Source: Strigamia acuminata
Lineage: Eukaryota
Length of the DNA stretch: 64,000 bases
Direction of reading: 5' to 3'
Assembly (NCBI GenBank): GCA_949358305.1
Contig: OX442314.1
Coordinates: 9,486,001 to 9,550,000, forward strand
Shown here one piece after another: positions 47,319 to 57,508 of the stretch. The notes beneath the pieces were generated by a model. The model did not search any database and was not told the origin of the DNA. It saw nothing but the letters and a program-made list of their open reading frames with translations. A program made the translations under genes and the position numbers. The stretch's first letter is position 1. The number at the start of each line of letters is the position of its first letter.

Positions 47319-48743
47319 ACTTGGAACCAAATTAAATACTGATGCTACAGTATAAGCATCAAAATGAAACCAATGCGACGCAAAACCAAAACTTGCAGAG
47401 TTCGTTAATGCAAGATAGAAGTAGAGAATTTTTTTTTATAGTTTCACGGTATAAGACAAATTAAAACACTAAAAACCAGGCGTGATTGTCTAATTCAGCC
47501 AAAAAATAATTTTTTAACCTTTTTATCCTTTTTATCCTTTTTCATAAGTTTTCTAAACTTTGTTGTGTCAACAATCGCTTTTCCCGCGATGAGCACACAC
47601 AGGAGGTTGGTTTGTAGTGACCCTAGTGGTCACTAATGAAGTGTCGGGAATGAGCCCGAAATAAAATATTAAGTTGGAGATTGTTTTATTTTATTTTATA
47701 TTTTTTATGATTTCCTGTCTAGATAAAGGGAGTTAGGCAGGGTGGGAGGAATTGTGGGTGGTCGCCAAGGAAACCAGCCCGCAACCTCCCGGAGCAGGAA
47801 ACACTTCCTGTGAGGAGCAGAAAAACTCCTCAGTTTGAAAACCTACTTTGAGAGCAACCAGTCACCAAAATCTTCCTGAGAGAACACCATTCTACAAGCT
47901 GATTTAGTGAAAGATTGCCAGAGTATTTGGACTCAGTCTTGCAACTTGCCAGAGCAATTTGTGCGACATTTCTTGCTGTTACTTCAGTTAGTGACAGTGG
48001 GAGTTTCATCTTGCCAAACAAGTATTGTTTGGAGGGATTTCTATTCTTGGCCAACAACCATTGTTGGACTGAGATTTCCTCACTCGCGACGAAGCGAAGT
48101 GAGCGCGACTGTGTGAGATTGTTGAGCGGAATCAGCCGCAACGACGCCGCGACGACGACGTTGCGACCTGGAGAGGACGAAGAGAGTGGGATTGAGCCCG
48201 AACGAGTCAGGAGAGCGTAGTTGTGACGGAATTGAGTCCGTGTTGAAGAAACGCCGAAGCCGAGCCGAGCGTCGGGTGAAGCGAATCCAAGCGTTCGGCA
48301 TTCCCAAGAAGTGGAGCCGTCGAATCGACTGGATTCTGTATCATTTTCCTTTGCTTTTAATTATTTTCCTTTTAGTGAATTATTCCTTAAGTCATTTAAT
48401 TTATCAGTTTATCACAAAATAATATCTTGTATTTGATTTAGTGTTTATTCTAAGTTTGAATAAATCGTCTGTTAATTGAGAAATAATTGAGTCATTATTT
48501 CTCTCATCATTTGAATTAATAATATAGTTATTTTGAGAAGTATTTGTATAAGTCCTGGCACGGCATCAATGAGTTTAGTTTTATTGTTAATATTCCTTAC
48601 AGTAATTTGAGCTCATTACACTTGGGGGCCCGTTATTTGAACCTTAACAACTTATCTTCAGTTGAGGGACCAATTTTGTGTGACAAAAGTTATTTTGTGA
48701 TAGATTATTCTGTTTCTTTCTCCTTTCCTGTGACTAAAACAAG

Positions 48744-51700
48744 ATGTCTCAGCCACAAGATTCGAAAAGAGGGCGAGGAAACGGCCGCGGACCTCGCACA
48801 CGAGGCGGAAGGACCGCAGGAGCAGCCAATGTGCATCCTTCATCGTCATCCGAGTCGGACCATGCAGACGACACCCAGGCCATGACGAGCAAAGAATTTC
48901 GTCTGGAAGTATCGCCTGAACGACAGGGGGAATTTTGGTTAAAGCAGACGAGAGAGGAGTCCCAAGATTTGCTTGGAAAATCAAGTATCTCCGGAGCATC
49001 GTCACAACACGGCGACACGCCAGCCACGGTGGATTCAACTCCAACAAGCAAAATAGACCTCTCTAAAATGACATTTGAACAGATCATTGCCGTAGCAAGG
49101 AAGCGTGGTCGACTGGTGCGAGCCTACAAGCAACAAGCGTCAGGACGTGCCCGCGATGAGGCGGAAAGTTCAGGAGAAAACTCCCCAACCCGCCATAAAC
49201 TAGCGAGAGCTCGCCAACGCATCGCAGATGTCATGAAAGAGATGGAAGACAGTCTCCAGGAGCGTCACCAACAGTATGAGGAAGGTGTGCAGCTTTCTGA
49301 TGAAGACGTGGCACAAATAACGGCAGCAATGGCCGATCGAGCAAGGCGACTGCAATTGGCACATTCAGAAGAATTCCAGATGTTGAAACGGCTCAAATTA
49401 GAGGAACGTCACGCCAAACAGGCGAAATTCGAAGCAGAATTAGCCAAGAAAACGACTGACGAAGATATCCGAGCAAAGAAAGATCAATTGGACGCAGAAA
49501 TTCGTGCTACCAAGGACCGACTCGAAACAGAGATGCGCACGATGAGGAACAAATTGGCAGCGGAAAAACTCCGTCAGGAAACGGAGCAAAAAGAATTACG
49601 TGCACAGCGAAAAGCGCAAGCGGCGGCGGAGCGAGAGGCAATTCTTGAAGAAAATCGGAAGATAGAAGCGGAAAAAGTCCGTTTAGAAACTGAAAAACAA
49701 GAATTGTTGGCAAAGCAAAAGGCCATGGAGTCGGCGGAGAGCAGGGAAATCCATTACCTTCGTCAAGCTGCTCTTGAAGCACAAGAAGCCGCGGAAAGAG
49801 TCCGCCGAGAAAATGAAGAACTAAAATATCTCGCACAATGTCAGTATCAAGTGCCGAGCAACATTCCACCTCGCCGACCTGAAGTAGTGAATTTATCACC
49901 AGAATCGTCTAGGAACTCTTTAAAAAGGAAAGGTGAAATGGATGAAAAAAGAGACTCCAAACGTGCTTCTATGTCACCAGCCAAAAATCCAAACGTATTG
50001 GACATAATTGATCGAAGAAATCGTCAGCATCTAACAAATCAATCAGCTGCAGCAGACAAAAAACAAGGTAAAGTGACAGGATTAGATCCAGCAGACCCGC
50101 AGGTTTGGGATAAGCCCAAAAAGATGGAAACTGAAAATGTCAGAGTATCTTCGGCAAAAAATGAAGGAAAATCATTCGACGTTTACACAGAAAAACCGGT
50201 AGAGGAGGACGATCCTCGTTACCATCGTACATATACGTTGGAAGAAGCCGTTGAACACTTGTCAGCAGCTAAGGAAAGAGATAGGCAACGCGAAATAAGT
50301 CGCGAAAATGAAAAGCAGAAATTCCAACACGATCAAGAAGTTCCAGAACAAGATAGAAGTAGCAATCAAAATGCTGCGACGGGACATGATGAAGCAACTG
50401 GACAAGCCAGTTATACGAAAGTTAGGGATTACAATGATTATTTACAAGGCAAATATTCCCAGCAACCTGAAAATGTGGATGCACGAAATAAATCATGTAA
50501 TCAACAAGGAATTCGCACACACACTGAAGTACGATTTTCCAACGAGGCACGATCACAATATGAAAGAGAGCCGCGAAATGAGTCGCGTTGTCAACAAGAA
50601 ACGGACCAACAAGGTGCTGCTCGTTACAACGACGAAAAACATCAGCAAGGTAACTACGGAGCGACCAGACAAGACTGTTACAATCGAAATGAGTCGATGG
50701 AAAGAAATAATTCACGTCAGCAATCGGACCATCAGCAAGACTCACGACAAGATGGAGGATCGTACTGGTACAACGCCTACACGAGCAACGATTCACAGAG
50801 GCGACGTGATGATTCACGTGGACGATACGATGATTCACAGAGGCGACGTGATGATTCACGTGGACGATACGACGACTCGAATAGACGTCGTGACAATTCA
50901 TATAGAGACCAGAGAAGATCACGATCGAGTCCGCCACCAACACGGCAAAATGAGTACGAAAATGATCAAAAATACTCAAATTCGGATCATTTCCGGCAGC
51001 AGGACTATGATTTTTCCAGATCACGTGAGGAAAGGAGAAGTGGAGGATATTTTCGACAAGACGATAGAGATCCACCACCAACTAACCCACGCACTTTACC
51101 AAGAAGCACGGAGGAATTGGAAGAAATTATCTCAAGACAGATCGATTCGCGACTATCTCAAATCCCCTCGAAATCTCAGGAAATGGAGGAAATGTTAAGA
51201 AAACTAATTCGAAAATATTGTTCAAGCAATTGGACTCACCATTACACCCCATCTCATCAAATCAAATGGGACCGAATTACTCCCGATATGTTTGATGGAG
51301 GTTGGCAGGCTGGTACCCAATTTCTGGATGAAGTTATGCATCTAGTTATAAATCACGAGATGGACCCGGACGTAACTTTGAAAAAATTAATTCCGAAAAT
51401 GCTGGTTGGAAGTGCAACAAATTGGTTGCGAAAAAATAATTTCACACACTGGGATGAATTTGTAAAAGCTTTTATGAAGGAATATGGAGAATCCAACGCC
51501 ATGATGATAAAATATTGGGATAATCATAAACAGACGTTGGGAGAAGACATTCGCACGTATTTAAGACGTACAGAAGATTTGTTTACCCAACTCCCATATC
51601 ATATTAGCGATTTCGACAAAGACAGAAAATTCAGGAATGGCCTGACTCCTTTTTCCGAGCAAGTGTTGCGAATGGTAGATGCACCAATGGCCAGTTCCTT

Positions 51701-52466
51701 CGAAAAATTATCGCAATTCATACGAAACCACCAAATGTACATTGACGACCGGTACGCTTCAGACATTCCAATTGAAGAACAAAGAGCACGAGATGAACAA
51801 CAACGACACCAGTCAGACTACACTCGAGCTGGTGCAAAAATGATGCGCCCGCGTTCTCAATTCTCGCTGTTACGAGAGGAAACCTCCACCAAAAAACGAG
51901 AGAGTGGACATCCTCCTTATCCACAGCCACGAATACCAATGCGACCAAATGTCAAATGGACACAATACCCGGGTGAATCCAGTGAGTCGATTGGAGATAC
52001 TCAGATAATGCTGGCCGAATATACAGAAGAAGAAGTAGACAAATTGATGGATGCTGCTAGTGTGTTATTCACGAAAAATAATCCAGCAATAACAAAATAT
52101 AAGCCTCCAATGCAGGTGAGGCAACCGCAGCAAACGAGTTTGCAGCCACAGATGAAAGGAAATACGTCCTTCCTTCCAAAACCATTTTCAGTCGATTTCA
52201 ATTTGAAAAAAGAAAATAATAAATCGCAAATTGGAGAAAAAACTGAACAAACTTCAACTCCAAGTAGCACTGATGACGGCAATAAGGCCAACCAAATAAA
52301 GTTGACTCCAGAAAATGCACCATGCCATAATTGCGGACAAATTGGGCACTGGGCGCGACAATGTCCACACCCGAAAAGATTGATGTCAGCGGAGGAAATG
52401 GAGCAGCTAGTCAACTCATTATCCGAAAGCATCACAAAAAACTTGAACGCGCGGGCTCAAGAATAG
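48744..52466 (+). CDS. Gypsy Gag (1240 aa)
   Basis: Long charged coiled-coil-like region, R/D/S-rich region, capsid-like segment (FDG..A.NW..WDEFVKAF..Q..GEDIRTY), CHNCGQIGHWARQC knuckle. Confidence 0.9.
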   Translation: MSQPQDSKRGRGNGRGPRTRGGRTAGAANVHPSSSSESDHADDTQAMTSKEFRLEVSPERQGEFWLKQTREESQDLLGKSSISGASSQHGDTPATVDSTPTSKIDLSKMTFEQIIAVARKRGRLVRAYKQQASGRARDEAESSGENSPTRHKLARARQRIADVMKEMEDSLQERHQQYEEGVQLSDEDVAQITAAMADRARRLQLAHSEEFQMLKRLKLEERHAKQAKFEAELAKKTTDEDIRAKKDQLDAEIRATKDRLETEMRTMRNKLAAEKLRQETEQKELRAQRKAQAAAEREAILEENRKIEAEKVRLETEKQELLAKQKAMESAESREIHYLRQAALEAQEAAERVRRENEELKYLAQCQYQVPSNIPPRRPEVVNLSPESSRNSLKRKGEMDEKRDSKRASMSPAKNPNVLDIIDRRNRQHLTNQSAAADKKQGKVTGLDPADPQVWDKPKKMETENVRVSSAKNEGKSFDVYTEKPVEEDDPRYHRTYTLEEAVEHLSAAKERDRQREISRENEKQKFQHDQEVPEQDRSSNQNAATGHDEATGQASYTKVRDYNDYLQGKYSQQPENVDARNKSCNQQGIRTHTEVRFSNEARSQYEREPRNESRCQQETDQQGAARYNDEKHQQGNYGATRQDCYNRNESMERNNSRQQSDHQQDSRQDGGSYWYNAYTSNDSQRRRDDSRGRYDDSQRRRDDSRGRYDDSNRRRDNSYRDQRRSRSSPPPTRQNEYENDQKYSNSDHFRQQDYDFSRSREERRSGGYFRQDDRDPPPTNPRTLPRSTEELEEIISRQIDSRLSQIPSKSQEMEEMLRKLIRKYCSSNWTHHYTPSHQIKWDRITPDMFDGGWQAGTQFLDEVMHLVINHEMDPDVTLKKLIPKMLVGSATNWLRKNNFTHWDEFVKAFMKEYGESNAMMIKYWDNHKQTLGEDIRTYLRRTEDLFTQLPYHISDFDKDRKFRNGLTPFSEQVLRMVDAPMASSFEKLSQFIRNHQMYIDDRYASDIPIEEQRARDEQQRHQSDYTRAGAKMMRPRSQFSLLREETSTKKRESGHPPYPQPRIPMRPNVKWTQYPGESSESIGDTQIMLAEYTEEEVDKLMDAASVLFTKNNPAITKYKPPMQVRQPQQTSLQPQMKGNTSFLPKPFSVDFNLKKENNKSQIGEKTEQTSTPSSTDDGNKANQIKLTPENAPCHNCGQIGHWARQCPHPKRLMSAEEMEQLVNSLSESITKNLNARAQE

Positions 52467-52481
52467 CAGTAGAGCTCGCGC
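52436..52481 (+). promoter_or_regulatory. -1 ribosomal frameshift signal
   Basis: Slippery A AAA AAC at 52436-52442 in the gag frame, 6-nt spacer, 10-bp stem GCGCGGGCTC/GAGCTCGCGC (52449-52458 and 52472-52481); pol is in the -1 frame. Confidence 0.85.
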
Positions 52482-55400
52482 CAACAAAAATTTCGGAAAA
52501 TCTGCTACAAGCCCAACCAATTGAAGAAACATCAGAATTGACAATTGAAATGGTACAAGATTCGGATGGATTATCGGAGATCCAGCCAATAAATGAAGCC
52601 ATAACAGAAACGCTGTTAACATCAGAATCATTAGTAGAATCAAAGGAATTACTGAGAAACTCTGAAAATTCACAAAACATACAGACAACAACACTGCCTG
52701 AAAATTCGGAAAATTCTGGAAATTTACAGAACAACCAATCATTAGAGGGAGAAGTATTAAAGACTTCGTTAATATTAAAAACATTAGTGGAACCCAATGA
52801 TTTGACTGAAAATATCCAAGAAACTCCAGCAGCAGCACAAGCACCTAAAGGAGCACGATTCATCAAAGACCCCAAAACTGGAGAATATGTGCAATCAGAA
52901 TTAGCTGAAAAATCACGTAAAGTGATAGGAACTTTAGAAGGTGGAAAAGGGACAATAGTCTTTAACTTTGAAGACGGCGAAGTCGTAGGGATGAGATATC
53001 CGACACAGAAACCAGTGACGGACTCTAAACTGGAACAAGCCGAAGCTTCATCAAAAATGAACATTCTGAAAGACAATGGACCACTAAAAAATACAACTAT
53101 TCCAGTAACACTCACGTCACCGGAAGCAATTGGCACAATGCCAAAAAGAGGAGAAATGATTTGCGAAATGGAATGTGGACAAATAGTAGGAATAAAATTT
53201 CCGCCAGTAGAATTGGAAAATTGTCCAAAAATAAAAGAAATTTATGAAACAAATAGAACTTATTTCGCAGCAGAAGTAACGGAAGCCCTAAAAAATGTGG
53301 AAATCACACAAGAAAATGAGGCTACTATTTTTTGGGCAAAGGTAAAGGAGACATATGAGGAAACACCATCACTAGCAGCATGGATGACAGATACACCAAC
53401 TGAGCCTGTGGAATGGGATCCATTATTGAAAGAATTAACAATATTGGAGCCGGAAGGACCGCGCATCAGAATTTTTAATATATTGTTGCCCGAAGAAGAT
53501 GTTTTGGAAGGGATGACAACAATAGACCTCCAAACAGAACAAGGATCCATCGCTGCCATGTTAGACTCAGGAGCCAACCGTAGTTGTGTTTCATGGCCAT
53601 TGATTCAGGCGATGGGATTAGAAAAAGAAGTGTGGCCCGTCAAGGCCAATATGGCTGTAAATACAGCAGATAAAAAAGTGCAACCGATGGGAACAATAAG
53701 GATGATGATTCGTTGGACCCATGGAATGATGCAACAGTATTTCCTCGTGTTACCACACGACATGAAATTTATGTTGGTTGGCAATGATGCCATGAAACGA
53801 ATGAAAATACAGCCCAATCCCCTCAACGGCAAGTGGAACTTTATTTCAACAATCGACGTGCCTCAACCATATATGCCACAATTCCTCATGGATAAATATG
53901 AGCAGAAGAAACTGGAAGAGCCAGAATCATTGCGAAAAACATTTCGAAAAGAGAGTAGTTTTTGCGCATTTGAAGCAAGATTGAAAGTTGGCAATGGCTT
54001 GCATGACATGATAGAAGAAGCCAAACTGCAATTAACAGAGGCTTTACAATTGGAGCATGTATTGAGGAAATATGAGAAAATATTGAGTAAAAATCCAGGC
54101 AAAACTCATGTGGTGCAGCACACTATCAATTTAGACACTGACAAACCAATAAGGGTTCCTTTTAAATCTTGGAATCCACAAAAAAGGGAAATATTGCGGA
54201 CATTATGCCAAGAAATGATTGATAAGGGCTATGTAACAACTGCAGAAGGTGATTATGCGACAAGGATTGTGTTGGTAATGAGACCAGGTTCAGAGCCACG
54301 TCTCTGTATTGATTACAGAGCGCTGAATGAACACACTCTGTATGACCCGCCCCAGATGCCGACAATAACGGAAATTTTGAGAGAGCTCGGCGAATTTCAA
54401 TGGGTTTCAACCATTGATCTAACGAAAGGATACTGGCAAATAGATTTGAGACCGGAAGACCGTCCGAAAACAGCATTCTGGAGTCCTCAAGGCCGACTGA
54501 TGTTTAACGTCATGCCTTTTGGGCTGGTCAATGCGCCAACCACCTTTCAACGACTAATAGAAAAGGTATTAGGCGAAGCATTCCGAAAATATGCTTGGGC
54601 CTACCTGGACGACATCGTGATCGTATCAAAAACGTATGCAGAACACATGAAACATCTAGATTCAGTTTTAGGAAAATTACAGAAAGCTGGATTGCACGTA
54701 AATCCAACAAAGTCAAAATTCTGCAGGAAGGAACTAAAATTTCTAGGGTACAAACTTGGAATCAACGGCTTAAGCGTAGACCCAGCCAAAGTAGCGGCCA
54801 TAAAAGAATTTCCAGCGCCAAAAAATTTGACAGAGTTACAACGATTTTTTGGCATGGTCAACTTTTTCCATAGACTTCTCAAGAATCTGGCCACAGTGGC
54901 CGAACCTCTACGCCCACTCCTGAAGAAAGGGATAGAATTTATTTGGGAGGAAGTACACCAAGTTGCCTTTGATAACATTAAGCAATTACTGACCGACGCC
55001 AAAACTATGCACTTGCCAAATCTACACCAACCATTCATCGTGAGGACAGACGCAAGTAAGAAAGGATTGGGTGCTGCCTTGATGCAGATCAAAGAAATTG
55101 ACGGACAAATGATTGAATCACCATGTGTATACCTCAGTAGATGTCTGCAACAGGCAGAACTTAACTACGGCGCCACGGATCTCGAATGTTTGGCGGTAAT
55201 TTGGGCGCTCCGAAAATTTAGGCCATATTTGGAGTTCACAAGTTTCGTCGTGCAGACAGATCATGAGGCGCTGAAATGGTTGATGAGACTGGAAGAGCCA
55301 GCTGGACGCCTCGCCCGTTGGCAGATGGAATTGATGTCTTATAATTTTACAATCCAATATTTGAAAGGGACTGCCAACACATTAGCAGACGCATTATCTA

Positions 55401-57508
55401 GAGCACCAATTCAACTCATCTGCGACAACGAAGAGACGGGAGAAGCCGACGGTGACTTAAGATATTGCCCGACAGAACCACGAAAATGGGTCGTGGGTAA
55501 CTGGAATCAGCTGCCAAAACCTCAGTCGGATGAAGAACGATTAGTAGACGAGCAAGTCACGGCATATTGGAGTCACATGCATAATGCGCCGGCAGAAGAG
55601 TCGGAAATAAGTCCGAAAATTACAAAAGTTCAATATTTACCAACTTCGGAATGCGAAATGGTGACAGCGTTTATTGCAAAAGTCACGGAGCAAGCCGACT
55701 GCATGCCTCCGACACGCGAAGAAATTATAGAACATCAGAAAAAGGATCGCCATTGCCAATCAATGCGATACTACCTCGAGACAGAACAATTTCCAGCTTA
55801 CGTAACAACACCATTACAAAAGAAGAATTATCGCATTTTGGCGACAAAACACATGTTAGAAGAGGATTTATTATTAAAATACCATCCAACATTGTCAGAT
55901 GATTTAAGCGAGGATTCTCGAGCCCTGAAGGTCGTGATACCAAGATCACTAAGATTCCGAGTGTTATGGCAAATGCACGGCCACCCGCTCGCAAGCCATT
56001 GCGGAATTGCAAGGACGCTTTATCGAATGCGACAGATTTATACCTGGGACGGAATCAAACGTGACACCACCAGATTTATTAAACACTGTCCGCGGTGCCA
56101 GGCGTGTAAACCTCGGACTAAAACACGAGTAGAAGCAGCGCAAATTGGCCCATATGCACCTTTTGAGTGCCTAAGTATAGATTTGGTAGGACCATTGATT
56201 AGAACCGATGAAGGAAACAATTACATTTTAGTAATTTTGGATATAGCCACCAGATGGCCGGAACTTTACCCATTATCCGACCCCGTCGCACAAGATATAG
56301 CGGATTGTCTGTACAACACGTGTATGGGATGGGGATTCCCGCTCCGAATCGTGTCGGATAACGGCCCGCAATTTAAGGCCCGAATATACCACGAATTCTG
56401 CAGAAAATTCAAAATTACTCCGCGATTCACGTCACCGTATCATCCGCAGGCCAACACGGTAGAAAGGACCAACCGCGATTTAAAGTATATTTTGTCAATT
56501 TTCACAGATATTCACAAAAGGTGGGACACGTATTTAAGAGAAATTGCGTTTAGCATACGCACAACGGCAACAACAGGCCGCGATTATTCTCCAGCATACT
56601 TGAATTGCTGTAGAGAATTTAGGATTCCTTGGGATCCAAGGATTTTGGATGGAATTGCAAAAATAGACCCAAATAAGCCACATATTTACATCCAACGACT
56701 GGAGAAAATAATTAGAGATACATATCACCATATGATGGCGCACATAACCGACTTGCGCGAACGAGTGCAAAATCACAAGATGGACAAAAAATTTGATGAC
56801 TTTAAAACCAATGATTTGGTATGGAAAGATGATCACCCATTATCAAAAGCGTCACAAGGGATTTCGGCGAAATTATCCGACAAGCGGAGTGGGCCATATG
56901 TAATCATCCAAGTCCACCAAGGAGGAGCAGTGAAACTAAGAAGGCTTAAAGATAATAAGATCTTTCGCTCCATCCACATGTCTGAATTATCACCTTACTT
57001 CCCGGAATTTAATCAAGAAATTTGGGAAAAGGATCAAACTCAGAGCAATCCAAATGGGAAAATAATTAACACACTATTTGATGAGCCAACGACATCCGAA
57101 ACACAAGAAAATACGGAGACAGAAAATTCACAGACCACTGAAATGAGTCGGATGAATAATAGTAATTCAGCGGAATCACAAACTTTGAGACAAACACAAA
57201 GTTTGCAAGATTCACAAAATTTAGAAGATGTACAAGGATCTCACACTTTGGATAACACACAAAGTTTGCAGGATCCACAAACATCACAACAACAATTGGA
57301 AGTACAGGATTTGTCGGATTCAGACACAGCAGGCGTGAGTTCTCAAGTTTCAAGGAAACAAAGAAGCGGTGAAAAAGATAAAAATTCGGAGAGCGACGAG
57401 GAGTTGGATGTAAATTCCAATGACAACACGCAAGAAAGTTTGCCACTTTTTCCACGGGACTTAAGTTTAGAAACAGATGAACAAGTTGCGTCTTTTTCTA
57501 AAAAGAGG
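52442..57508 (+). CDS. Gypsy Pol (PR, RT, RH, IN), C-terminal tail interrupted by the nested element
   Basis: LDSGA, YLDD, TDAS, HGHPLASH..CPRC, IDLVGP/SDNG/TVER, GPY. The native frame continues at 62885-63028. Confidence 0.95.

Noticed and set aside
50308..51198. 296-aa overlapping ORF within gag, and other antisense ORFs over TE genes
   Set aside because: Shadow frames of biased, low-complexity coding sequence with no recognisable motifs.
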